Source: Chiloscyllium plagiosum (lineage: Eukaryota). Taken from it: DNA of 64,000 nt. This document shows positions 24,141 to 36,935 of the stretch, one piece after another. Numbering within the stretch: the stretch's first letter is position 1; each line of letters starts with the position of its first letter. Under the pieces are notes generated by a model. The model had not been told where the DNA came from. It worked only from the letters and a program-made list of their open reading frames with translations, and did not search any database. A program made the translations under genes and the position numbers. Location of the stretch: contig NC_057718.1 of NCBI RefSeq assembly GCF_004010195.1, positions 87,319,352-87,383,351 on the forward strand. The letters run 5' to 3'.

Positions 24141-24477
24141 TACTGATTTATTTCAATTCTGTCCTCTCACTAGACCCTTGGTTCTCTTGCATTTCTGGGA
24201 GGTTTTTTTTTGCTGCCCTCTTTTGTGAAGATCGAATCAAAGCTTGTTCATTTTTTTTCTGCTGTATCCTAGTTTCCTTTTGTTGTTTCCCCAGCTTCTG
24301 TCTGTAAGGTACTGATTTCCTTCAATTCTGTCCTCTCACTAGACCTTTGGTTCTCTTGCATTTCTGGGAGGTTTTTTTTGCTGCCCTCTTTTGTGTAGAT
24401 CGAATCAAAGCTTGTTCATTTTTTTTCTGCTGTATCCTAGTTTCCTTTTGTTGTTTCCCCAGCTTCTGTCTGTAAGG
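24141..24477. repeat. Direct tandem duplication of about 169 bp inside the CR1 relic
   Basis: 24141-24309 and 24310-24477 are near-identical, with about 4 substitutions and a 1-nt T-run difference. Confidence 0.92.
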
Positions 24478-27400
24478 AACCTACATTTGTGTCTCATATC
24501 AATTTCTCTTGAACTATTTATAGAAGCTTTTATGGCCAGTATCTATGTTGCTGCAATTTTATACTAATGCTCTTATTTTCCCTCTTGATAAACTTTTTTT
24601 TGTCTTTTATTCTAAAATGCTGCTAATTTTCGGGCTTGCTGCTTTTGCTATCAATTTTTTATGTCTCCTCTTTGTATGCCTTGACCGAGCCACCTTTCCT
24701 TTATTTTTACATCAGAGAGGAATGAATATTACTTATTATTTATGAGCACGTTTTTAAAATATGAGCCATTGCCTATCCATCATTAATCCCTTGAGTAAAA
24801 TTCCTCAATCCATCTGTGCCAATTTATGCCTTTATTTCCCTTTATTTAGATTTAGGATTTCAGTTTCAAATTTGACTTTTTAATTCTCCATATTAATCAA
24901 GAATTCATATTACTGGCACTCTCCCACAAAGGATCCCATGTAAAATTGTTAAATAATCCTTGTTGCATAGTGTATTGAATCTTGAATAGCATATTCTCTG
25001 GTTAGTTCCTTTAATAGGTGGGTCTTTTAAAAACAAAATCCACCATATACATACTTCAGGAAATCCTTGCTAGTGGTTGTCCAATCAGATGTAAAGTCTC
25101 CCATGACTACAATTGTATACTTATTGTATGCATCTTTGATCTCTTGTTTAGTGCTTTTGCTTGCATTTCTACTACTGCTTGGGGGCCTGTGCACAATTCC
25201 CAACAGTTCTTTTGTCCCTTGGTGTTTCTTATCTCCACCATACAGATTCCACATCGTGATTTTCTGAGTCCATATTCTTCTTTCCTTTTCCATTGATTTT
25301 ATCCTTCATAAGCAACGCTGTTCCACCTCTTTTCCCTTTTCACCTGTCCTTCCTAAATAACGAATACCCTTGGATGTTCAGTTCCCTGGTGGTAATCCTG
25401 TAGTCATGTCTCTGTAATTGTAACTACAGTATATCGCCATCATTTATATATAGTTATGATGCTAACTCATCTACCATACTGAGGATCCTCTGTATTAAGG
25501 CACACTTCACACTTTTAACTTTGTCCATCACCTTAGCTTTATTTTGCAACATGGCCTTATTCTTTAATTGCTGTTGTTTGTCTGTTTTCCACATCTTCTT
25601 AACTATGTCTTTTTTCTATCTTTGTTTCTTCTTTTGTCTCTCTGGTCAGTTTCCCATTCCCCTTCCTCTCTAGTATAATCTCTGCCCAACAGCAACTAGC
25701 AAACATCCCCTGGGCCCAATGGCATTCGAGGGCATCCAAAATCCTACTTTCCCTGGTGTCTCACAAGGTCTGCCTTTGCCCTCAAGTTCTGAGCTAAATG
25801 TTGCCCCTTGGCAAATCATTTGAATACACAGCATTTTTCCCATGCATGTTGATGGGAACCACTTCTTATCTCTCAAAGCTTTTTTGATTTCTCCACTTTT
25901 AAATTTAGACTTTATATTCAATGTCTACTGTTGGGGTGTTCAACTAGAACAGTGATCCTTGTACACTCAGTCAGTTGCAATCACTGGTCCCAATCTACAC
26001 CTAATGCTCACTGGCACAAGTGCCACACTCCTGGCACACCCTCTCAGCTGATGGGCAAAATATTGAGGGGGGAGCAATTATGAACATGTGACCATTTGGT
26101 CGGATGTCATCTTTGAGAAGAAGTAATAGCCAAGGTGGAAGGATTCTAAGTAGCCCAAATGATCAAACTATGAATGTCCCAGACAAAAGTGTGATGCACC
26201 ATATTGTGTGAATTATTGACACCCTAGCAATGTCATATATCCTTGGAAAGATGGTCTCTTCAAGCCTACGTCTCCAACCTGCAGAGGAGATGTAAACTCT
26301 GACTCAGTGTCTCTAACTTTGACACCTGCCTGCTGATATCGTAGTTTGCTTCAGCTGAGCTCCACACTTCGAGGGTGAGTTTGATCAATACAAATTGTAC
26401 TCCATCTTAGAGGTCCTTTGTGCAGGCAGGAAAGAAAAATATTGCACGCCAGTTGCATACAAGAAATTCCTGCAATAATTGGCAAGGGCAAAAAGGGTAG
26501 GTGTAAGATGATACTTGTGGCCAAAGGTCCATTGCTGCAATATGGTGGCTCTAGTTATTGATCAATTTGACCTAGAGTTGTCAACATTATCTAGTGGTAC
26601 CTTTGGGAACCAACCAGTAGTTTTGATGGGCAACATAGTTTGTTCTTGTATGGAGAGACACTGAGAAGAATTGGTTTATAGGACAGTTCATCTCCTCAGT
26701 TGGCTTGCTATGGTCAGCAAGCATCTCTTAATATGTCCATGTTTTCTTAGAAGAAAATGCTATTCCTACTTGCTTCAGATAGTGGAAGAGAAAAATTCTG
26801 AAACACTCTTGTTCGTACATGAAAAACAGTGACTCAACTCTAATCACAGCATTACCCTCAATGACTCAACCAATGTTACAATGGCTGTGAGTGAGGTCTG
26901 TTTCTTTTGAGTAAGGCAGCCTGACAGGGGCCAGTGTTGGCTACATTCTCTATTGGAAGGTGGACCTTGTGCTGAAAGCACCACGTATCTTCCTGATGAA
27001 GAAAACTTGCCACTAAACTTTTGAGTTCTCCAACTGACCATCACAAACTTATTAGGTCTTGGCATCTTTTCATTGAAGACCAGTAGCATGTGACTCTCAT
27101 CAATGTTAATGCTCCAATCCTGAAGGCTAATTCAACTGAGAGGTTCTGCATAAATCTTGCTTTAGCCTTGGGTACCAGAAGAGAGATGAGAGGCAACTAA
27201 TATCTAGTTTGATATATTTTCTGCTACAGCTTGTTTGATAGTCACTGAACTGAATATTACGGACTTCAGTACTGCTTTTTTTTATCTTCTGGCTGCAGCC
27301 AGTGATGCAATCTCAAATTTAACAAGGGTCTGATGACTCAACTTGCACTTTCAGGAAGAACAGTTGAGGTCAGAAATTGTCACAAGATGAAAAATGTTCC

Positions 27401-28392
27401 TCACAAATATTGCATAACACTTCAGAGAATGATAAACCCCAACATGCAGTAGGAAGTCATTTCATTGCAGGCAAGAACAGAATAGAACAAAGTACAGAGA
27501 CTTGAAGGAAAGATTAATCTTGCTCCTCAGAGTGAAGACTTGTATATTTTGATTATTTAAACTTTTGAGAAATTGAATGTGTTAAAGAGACCGTTCCCAA
27601 ACCGTGATAAAATAAGCACCACACAGCATTGAAATAATGTCCAGTCAGCCTGGCACTGTTACACAATGCATTTTTACGATATGGATATTACATCAGTCAT
27701 TCCTGTTGCCTTTGAAGATTACAATACATCTGTATGGCGAAGGTACTGTCCCGGTAATGTTTGTAGAGAGTTCTAGGATTCATGGTCAGTGACAATGAGG
27801 GAACAGAGATTAATGTCCATATTTGGATGGTGCGTGACTTGGGACTGTTAGTGTATTCATGCACCTACTGTCTTTGGATTGCAATAGTCTTCAAGAAATT
27901 CTGATACTTCTGCATAAATCATACAGGAATGCAGGTCATTAGAGGAGAACTAGAGTTGTCTTGCCCTGGAAACTATGGATACTGCAAAGGCAGTGGACCC
28001 TGGCAAGTTCCTGGCTCTTGTACTGAAGACTGGAATGTAGCGGTGTCCCTCGCTATGCTGTTCCAGTACAGCTGCAACTTTGGAATCTATTGAATAATAT
28101 GGAAAATTGAACATATGTCTTCTCCACAATAAAGATGGGCAAACTCAATTCTCTGACCAATTACTGCCCAATCAGTCTCCTCTCAATCATCTGCAAAGTG
28201 ATCAGTCAGTGTTATCAAGGGACACTTATTCAGTAATAACCTGCTCATTGTTTCTGCCAGTCATCAAACCCTTTTACAGCTTGGGCTTAAACATGCACAG
28301 GAGAAAGTGAGGTCTGCAGATGCTGGAGATCAGAGCTGAAAATGTGTTGCTGGAAAAGCGCAGCTGGTCAGGCAGCATCCAGGGAACAGGAG

Positions 28393-28428
28393 AATCGACG
28401 TTTCGGGCATAAGCCCTTCTTCAGAAAT
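28393..28428 (-). ncRNA. Minimal type I hammerhead ribozyme motif
   Basis: Minus strand attt-CTGAAGA-a-GGGC-ttat-GCCC-GAAAC-GTC-gatt. Core and stem II are intact; stem I is weak. Confidence 0.7.
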
Positions 28429-28492
28429 GAGGAAAGTTTGTCCAGCAGGCTAAGATAAAAGGTAGGGAGGAGGGACTTGGGGGAGGGGCGTC

Positions 28493-28821
28493 NNNNNNNN
28501 NNNNNNNNNNNNNNNNNNNNNNNNNNNNNNNNNNNNNNNNNNNNNNNNNNNNNNNNNNNNNNNNNNNNNNNNNNNNNNNNNNNNNNNNNNNNNNNNNNNN
28601 NNNNNNNNNNNNNNNNNNNNNNNNNNNNNNNNNNNNNNNNNNNNNNNNNNNNNNNNNNNNNNNNNNNNNNNNNNNNNNNNNNNNNNNNNNNNNNNNNNNN
28701 NNNNNNNNNNNNNNNNNNNNNNNNNNNNNNNNNNNNNNNNNNNNNNNNNNNNNNNNNNNNNNNNNNNNNNNNNNNNNNNNNNNNNNNNNNNNNNNNNNNN
28801 NNNNNNNNNNNNNNNNNNNNN
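28493..28821. other. Assembly gap (329 N)
   Basis: Run of N in the sequence. Confidence 1.
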
Positions 28822-31800
28822 CTGCGCTTTTCCAGCAACACATTTTCAGCTTAAACATGCACAGAAGAGAATGAGAGTTACTGTGTTTAACTGAATATGA
28901 TATTGATACAAAATTGAAGTCTATTGAAATTGAAAGAAAACTGTCCATTCATTTGAGTTATACCTAGCATTAAAGAAAGATGGTTGTGATTTTTGAAGGT
29001 CAATCATCTCAATCCTAGGACAATTCCTCAGGATTGTGCCCTAAGGCCTAATTATCTTCACTTGCTTCTTCAAAGATCTTCCCTCTATTGCAAGGTCATA
29101 AGTAAGAACGTTTGATTGCACAGTTACGACTCCCCAGGTAGTGAAATGTATGTGCACACATACAACAAGGCCTGATGTGGACATTGCTGAGAAGGCCAAC
29201 ATTTGTTTCCCATCCCTGATTTTTCCCTTTAAAGTGGTTGTGAACTGCTGCAGTCCATGTGGTTTAGCTTGCATTGTCATGGTTGGCTGCTGCTCAACTC
29301 AGATGTTTTCTCTTGGGTTTGCAGGTTTCTTCTGTATGTCTTCATGAGACTGAATAGACTGATTCTTGTTCCACATATCTTTGGGCATGTGAAATAGGGC
29401 ATCCTAGGAGGTAGTGGATTTAGAGTACAAGATGCATTCACTTTCCTTCTCTGCTGCAGCTTTGCCTCAACATTGATGTTGTGTCTTAAAGCATGATGCA
29501 GCTTGATGGCCAAGTTGTTTCCATTTTGAGTGATTGGTTGCATGCTTCTAATTATTAATGTCAGTGCTGCTGCACAACTTCATAGTACCTTCTAGAAAGC
29601 AACTGGTAAGCTGTCACGTCAAAGGTTATTATGGAGATGTAGAGGTAACATTGACGTGGGTTGGCTCGCTAACTGGAATTGGCTTAAACGGATCAGTTTC
29701 TGCCTGATGCACTCTAGTGAGTGATGTACCACAGATCAGTGAAGAATAGGAGTTACACCTGAATGCATGTGGAACTGACTTCAAGAAGAATAACCGTGTT
29801 GAATGTAGAGGATATGGTGTAGACTTAGGTACATCTAGCGCTGTTAGGAAGGGAGTTCTAGTTTTTATTGATCTGGTGACAGTTAAGGAAAAGTGATGTT
29901 CAAAGTTGGAATGTGTTGGGTTGATGGAAAACTTGGAAATGATGGTGTTGTCATGCATCTCAAACATAATTGAATACTTCCCACTTAACTGTGTGAGTGC
30001 ATCTCCAATAAAACTCAATGCAATCCAAGACTGAAACAGCTCAATTATTATAAACATTAATTACCTCCTTTGTTACTGGCACAGAGTGTGGCTGAAATCT
30101 TTTTGCCATTTGCAAGACCCTCTTTGGAGGATTGGTGTGGATTTGATGGGATGAATGACCTGCATCTACACTCTACAGGTTCTATGACTTTGACTTTGAT
30201 ATGATTATAAGTCCCTGAGGCCTATTCAGCCGCATCTTCTAGACCTACAATTATTGCTAGTTATAAGCATCTGCTTTGCTTATGCATGCAAATTTCACCA
30301 CCTACAAGTTCCCCTCAAAATCTCAAAACATATGCCTTGGAATTATATTATCACTGAGTTTTCTGTTCAAATTTCTGGAACTGACTCCCAAGCAAAACTG
30401 CAGGCATGTCTATGCTGGATGGACTGATGAGGTTGAAGAAATATTCCACCATCACTGTCTCATGGGCAATTCAAGTTTAGCAATAAATGCTGGCCTTGTC
30501 AAAGATGCTGACATCTCATGAATGATTTTAAAAAGTTTTTGAGAGCATAGGAAATAAATAATGAAACGGTGAACTGAAATAAGATGCAAAATTTGGAACT
30601 CCACTCCAGTCTTTTGAGTATCCACTATTAAGTGCTAAATTCAAAGTGTAGGCATTGACAGTTTAAAATGGTGCAGGTAGTAACAATAAGATAAATTGTC
30701 AAGATAGTGAAAAGATGATACTGGAACCTTTTTCAAAACTTGAATATTACAGATTGGAGGACATATGAAAGCAGGGAAGATTGCTCAGTTTTGAATTCAT
30801 GGAGCAAGGAATAGTGGATTCTGCAATGAATGTTGATTACATCACAGGAAATGGGCTGTGAGCAATATAAAATAAGCAGTTTGAAATGGAACAACAGAAT
30901 AGTGAGGAATGTTTGAGCGAACAGTAATGTAGTTTCGTCAAATGTTAATTACTTTCTTAACTCAAAATCATAGAACTATGTTGTGCAGACGTCCATTCAA
31001 TTTGTCATCCCTGTTTGAAAAAGCTGTCCACTGAGAGACTTCCCTTATTCCACAGCTCTGTTGTACTTACCTTTTGAACATTATTATTGCTTCTGCTTCC
31101 ATCATACTTTTCAGAAAAAACATTCCAGATTATGATCTTGCCTTGTATAAAATTAATTCTCCCTTCTCTCTTTTTGGTTCTTCTGCCTATTATTTTCAAC
31201 TTGTGTCCTCTGGTTACTGCTCCTCTGACGTGTTCTTATTCTAATTCGTGTTGTTACTTTACTTTAAACATCAAATACGTGCAGCTAGTTTAACTAATGC
31301 AAAATGAAATCTTTATTGAAACATTCAATTTTATAAATCCAGCATGGATACCCAGAGTCTATGGTATCTTCATAATAGTTTTTCTTTTGTCCTTTTTTAT
31401 GCAAATTAATGAATCAGTGAGGCAGAGGTATAATTGGGTGGCAGAATAGCGAATTAAAAGTAGTGAAGGTAAGCTAAGCCATAACTTATAGCTGACGTTG
31501 CATAAATTTAAAACACATCTGTCCTTCTCTCATGTTCAGTCATCTTATTATGGTCATGTCTTAATTAGTTCAATACTGCTGCTCATAGATGCCAGCAACC
31601 AGACGTCTATTTGTAAACCACTAGAAATATAACTATCTACCTACCTTTAAGCTTCTGTTATCCCCTATCCATGCAGGTTACACATGACTCCTTGCACATA
31701 TCACGGTTTGCAATCGACATTCAACCTCTCAAACATCTATTCTTCTGAAAACTGTTTTAAGTCACTGTGTGCTGGTCCTCTGTGTCCCACAGGCTGTCCA

Positions 31801-32210
31801 GAGTATTGCTGCATTCAGGCAGTGTAGATTTTCATCCCTCACCTTCCTGATTGTGAAAACAGTTTATCCTTCCTTACTTGGTCTATTAAAACTCTGTATT
31901 TGTGAACATATCTTTTAAATTGAACCTTACCTGCTAAAAGGATAGATATCCGTACACTTCTAGTCTGAAGTTCCTCAGCCCTGGTACTATTTTAATAATA
32001 GATTAATTTAGGAAATCTTCGGCCACATGATGGAAAAATGGCTGGCTCATATTCTTATTACTCCTAACAAAGTATATTAAGACTAAAAATAAGTTGTCAT
32101 CAGTGCGGTTGACTGTTGTGTTTCTGTTAAATGAGCATTGAGCAAATCCAAGTGCTAGAAACAATTAATAGTTGGTGAGCTAATCCTGTTAGCTTGATGT
32201 CGATAACTTA

Positions 32211-32780
32211 GGGAGTTGGTTAGCTCAGTTAGCTGGATGGCTGGTTTGTAATGCAATATGATGGCTCGAGGGGGTGGCATGGTGGTTCAGTGGTTAGCGC
32301 AGCTGCCTCACAATGCTAAGGACCGAGGTTCAGTTCCAACATCAGGCAACTGCCTGTGTGGAGTTTGCACATTCTCCCTGTGAGTTTCCACCTGGTGCTC
32401 TGGTTTTCTCCCACAGTCCAAAGACGTGCAGGTTAGGTGGACTAGCCATGCTAAATTGCCCATAGTGTCCAGGGATGTGCTAGCTAGGTGGATTAGCCAT
32501 ATGAAACGAAGGGTCACAGGGATAGGGTGGGGTGGTGGGTCTGAATGGGATACTGTTCAGAGGGTCGGTGTGGACTCGATGGACCAAATGGTCTCTTTCC
32601 ATAATGTAGGGGTTCTATGGTGCCAACAGTGTAGTTTCGATTCCCTGAGGTTACCATGAAGGCCTCCTTCTGAACCCCAACCCCTCGCCTGAGGCATGGT
32701 GACCCTGAGATTAAACAACCACCAGGTGTCTCTCTCAGAGCAGCCTAGGTCTAGTAGGACTACTTTGACTTTACCTTTTA
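32211..32780 (+). mobile_element. tRNA-derived SINE of a second family, with a HE1-type SINE nested in its head
   Basis: A-box ttagctcagttagctgg at ~32220. The B-box part (gtagtttcgattccc) resumes at ~32630 after the nested SINE, and the body ends in gactttacctttt. Confidence 0.6.
32271..32619 (+). mobile_element. HE1/V-SINE-type SINE (nested)
   Basis: Full head-to-tail match to 14905-15248 and 40776-41080. Confidence 0.85.
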
Positions 32781-34399
32781 CTTTTATCTTGCCTCACATG
32801 TGCACGAGAGAGAGATCATGTTTATGATCCTTGTTTGAGTTGAGTATTTTTCATTTAGTGTCACATCTCATTTAAAAGACAACGAAAACAAAGTATCACA
32901 GATGCTGGAAATCAAGCCATAAAACGAAGTAGACTAACAATTAGAAGTCAGCGAAGTAGTAAAAATGAAAATTCATTGACAGGAAATGCAATTCTTGTCT
33001 CTTTACACTTGCTGAGTTTACAGTAATTTTTTAATTTATCTATGCTGACCTTTTTGTGCTATTTTGACCTGACAGTGGAGACTAGATGCAGTCTTGTCAA
33101 TAGGACTACACAAAAACTAGGAGCCGGAGTCGGCAATTCGGCACTTGGAGTCTGCTCCACCATTTCATACGATCATGGTTGATCATTTAGAGTCATCTCT
33201 CATTTGTATGACAATTGAAGCAAAAATTGCAGATGCTGGAAATCAAACAATGAAACTGGTCTCAGCGTCACTTTCTGGCCTGCTACCTAAGTCATTTGGT
33301 GAAAGAAACTAAATGACCAGGATTGGATAGTCACTTCCTTTAAGTGTCTCTTCATCTTGTTTGAAAGATCTGCAAAGAAAGCTAGATACAGGAACTCCAC
33401 TGATTTGAATTCAATAGAACAATGCCATTATTCCACTTTTTGAAGGGGCTGTATTGAGTTTAATTGGTTGAGTGCCTATCTTGAGGTCAAATATATCAGT
33501 GACAGATTTTCAGAATCAGAGTTTCTATCCACCCTCCGAAGAGGAGGTAGGTGAAAGCATTACAGCTACCGTAACTATAACCTTCCAAAGTTTTCTTCAC
33601 TTAGGAGTGATGGTTTAGAATGGAATATTGTGCGTGGCATTCTTCTGTTTAGGAAAATGTTGGAGGAAACCAGGAAATTATAAACTCTCAAAGTGTAGCA
33701 GAAATCTGACCCAAGCAGAAACGTTGGAAAAGCTCAGCAGGTCTGGCGCCATCTGTAGAGTGAGGGTGAATGTTTTTCAAATTGGTAATGCAAATATATG
33801 GCCTTGAACCTGAAGCATTCGGTTTCTCATTCTATTGCCAGAACAACTGAGTTTTTCCAGTACTTCCGGTTTTAATTCTGGGAACTTCAGACCAATTGAC
33901 CTATCATCTATTTGTTGAAATTGCTAGAGTCCAATGAAGGATAACATGGCTGACAATCTTACTTTCTGATCTGTGGGAAAGTTGTATTTGTAGAGGATGT
34001 GTCATACCGACTTAGGTTGATTGCTTTTTCTTTTGTAGAGGTGACTAAAGTAGGAAATAGGGTAATTTCTATGGATGTTGTTTCTCTAGACTTTCAGAAG
34101 GCATTTGATCATTTCCCTTGTGAGACTATTAGCAGCTAAGTGGAAGCTTGCAGAATTGTAGACTCCTTATCCAGTCAAAAAGCTGAGGGATAATTGGCTG
34201 ATGGGATGAGTGATATTCTACTAGAATCCGTTTTGGGACCTCAATTATTCACCATGTTTACTAATACCTTTGGGATGGGAAGAAAGCATATTTTGCTGCA
34301 CAAGTGGTAGCAAGTACAGAAATCACTGTCTGCTCCTGAACTTGTCCCTGGCCTGTGTACAATGAAGCCCAATAACCTGATGTCTCCCCCTATTCCTTG

Positions 34400-35055
34400 C
34401 TTTGGTCCTCTGCCAGGCAATGACTATTCCCAACAAGAGAGAATTTAGCTACCTTCTCTGAATCACTATCAATATCCTGGGGGTTACCATTGACCAGAAA
34501 CTGAATTGGACACCCATAATTGCAATTCTGAAGTGAATAACTTGTATTCTGACTCCCAATGGCCTGATCACTGTGTACAAAGAATGAGTCAGAGCTGTCA
34601 TGTGATTCTCTCCACTTGTCTGGATGAGTGCAGCTCTGACAGCAAAATCATCCAGAACAAAGCAGTCCACTTGAGTTGGTACTATATCAACCATCTTCAA
34701 CATTTGCTCCCTCCACCACTGATGTATGGTAGCATCTGTGTACAGTGAATGCAAGGAGCTCTCCCGCAACTCACGATTCCTTTAAAGCCCCTTACAAATC
34801 AGTAATCTCTTTAGCATGGAAGGGCAAAGACACCAGATATATCAAACATCATGACCTGCAAGTTCCCTGCTAAGCCAGGCACTGTCCTGATTTGGAGCTA
34901 TATTCTTGTTCCTGCACTGTTGCTGGTCAAAATCTTGGAACTGTCTTCCTAACAACATATTGGGTGACAGCATCTAACCCCAACCAACTGCCATGGTTCA
35001 AATAGGTGGCTCAACACCATCACCAATGATAGTGGGAATTGTCAGGATGGGAAGC
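34400..35055 (+). mobile_element. L2/CR1-group LINE 3' fragment
   Basis: Degenerate homologue of 55250-55870 (ggggttaccattgaccagaaactgaattggac...aagttccc...cttggaact). Confidence 0.65.
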
Positions 35056-36036
35056 ACAAAGTGGGGATGGTAAGATATGTTTGTGGGTAATTTTAAAATG
35101 CATTGCACAGGTACAGAAAATCAAAGAGGCTGATGAATCCTGCACTGCTATACCTTGAAGGCTAGAATCAGAAGGTAGAAAATATATGCAACTGCAATGC
35201 AAGGCTCTAGTTAAGACAATGGTCAAGTATTGTGAGCAGTCCAACACAGTGCACCTTTTTGGAGGTATAATGACCTTGAAAGAATTTCAGAATAGATTTA
35301 CCTGAATGATACCTGAGATCTAAATATATTCTGAGGGAAGGATGCATGCATTCAGGTTGTATTTTCTGAAATTTAGATGGCTAAAGAATGATCTTGTTCA
35401 TGATTGAGGGGAGTACAATAGAGCAATTATGTCAGCTGTATGTAGATTTTGGAGGAAAGGGCGAAGTCTAATAATTAGAACCAGGCTTTGAAGGAAGAAA
35501 TTTGAACACGAGTGGTAGCAGCTGGAAATTTCTTATGCAAATTGTAATTTTTTTTTAACGTAGTTAAAAGATATGGGGCATGGTGAGCATATGGAGCTGA
35601 GTCAGATCAGCATGATCTCATTGAATATGAGGGACAAATGGACCTGTTCCTATTAAGTAACATTTACTACAGTGCATTTAGATCATAGGAATTTAGGAGA
35701 AAGTAGAGATGATTTTACCTTTTCAAACCTACTTCATGGCTGGCCAGTACCTCAACACCATTTTACCAGCCTTTTTAGTAAAGGTTTGTTGATCTCCATC
35801 TTGAAATTTTATCCTAGTGTCCATATGGAGATTGCATTCCATATTTACGCTGTCCTTTGCGGACAGGGGAAAGAATGTTCCTTGATTTCACTCCTAAATG
35901 AACTAGTAATTTCAAAGTTGTGTCCATTCATAAATGTCCCTACTAAAGAGACTTCTCTGTCTTTTGTTGAGTTCTTTTATAATTTTTGAGCATTGCAATT
36001 TATTCATCCCTCAAACTTCCAAACCCATGTTCATGT

Positions 36037-36935
36037 TCTGGATGTAGGTTTGCTCGCTGAGCTGTAAGGTTCATTTTCAGACATTTCGTCACCATACTCG
36101 ATAACCTCTTAAGTAAGCTTCTGGACGAAGCACTGCTGATGTTTCCTGCTTTCTATTTGCATGTTTGGGTTTCCTTGGGTTGGTGATGTCATTTCCGGTT
36201 CTTTTTCTCAGGGGGTGGTAGATGGGGTCTGAGTCAATGTGTTTGTTCATAGAATTCCTTTTGGAATGCCATGCTTCTAGGAATTCTTGTGAATGTCTCT
36301 GTTTGGCTTGTCCTAGGATGGATGTGTTGTCCCAGTCGAAGTGGTGTCCTTCCTTATCTGTATGTAAGGATATTAATGAGAGAGGGTCATGTCATTTAGT
36401 GGCTAGTTTTCTAGCAAAACTAATGCCATTTACAAAATATTATGCAAGAACTGTAACAAAGACTACATTGGACAAACAGGCAGAAAACTAGCCACCAGGA
36501 TACATGAACATCAACTAGCCACAAAAAGACATGACCCTCTCTCACTAGTATCTTTACATACAAATAAGGAAAGACACCACTTCGGCTGGGACAGCACATC
36601 CTTCCTCGGACAAGCCAACCAGAGACATGCACAAGAATCCTAGAAGCATGGCATTCCAACTAGAACTCTATCAACAAACACATTGACTTTGACCCCATTT
36701 ACATCCCCTGAGAAAAAGAACTGGAAATGACATCACCACCGAAAATGACATCACCAGCCCAAGGAAACCCAACCACATAAATAGAAAGCAGGAAACATCA
36801 GTGCTTTATCCGGAGGCTCACTGAAGATGTTACCTAGTATGGTGACCAAACGTCTGAAAATGAACCTTGCAGCTCAGCGAGCAAACCTACAGCCAGAGCC
36901 TTAACCTGAGCTACAAATCTTCTCAAAATTCGCTA
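36037..36935. mobile_element. Fold-back Poseidon/Penelope-type element with GIY-YIG remnant and about 12-bp TSD
   Basis: 36037-36412 is the reverse complement of ~36482-36897. The + arm encodes SKTNAIYKILCKNCNKDYIGQTGRKLATRIHEHQLATKRHD. It has a one-sided 38-nt tail, TSD ccatgttcatgt/ccatgtttatgt (36025-36036 and 36936-36947), and mutated hammerhead motifs in both arms. Confidence 0.88.

Larger units (their letters stand above)
17165..25560 (-). mobile_element. Long degenerate CR1 LINE, split by a fold-back PLE (17846-18061), the 25-bp array (18717-23931) and a local duplication
   Basis: CR1 3' tail at ~17165. RT-region relic ttatcaagagccttctgaaaa (DFxKAxDK on the minus strand) at ~18520. 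Endonuclease relic LLGIVHRPPSS...IVVMGDF in ORF 25027-25293. Confidence 0.75.
28300..28850. mobile_element. Fold-back Penelope-like element with 14-bp TSD; centre lost in an assembly gap
   Basis: Starts with the same ggagaaagtgaggtctgcagatgctggagatc tail. The arm gctgaaaatgtgttgctggaaaagcgcag is mirrored at 28822-28850. TSD ttaaacatgcacag at 28287-28300 and 28851-28864. Confidence 0.87.

Noticed and set aside
28368..28948. ORFs containing long X runs
   Set aside because: They read through the N gap.
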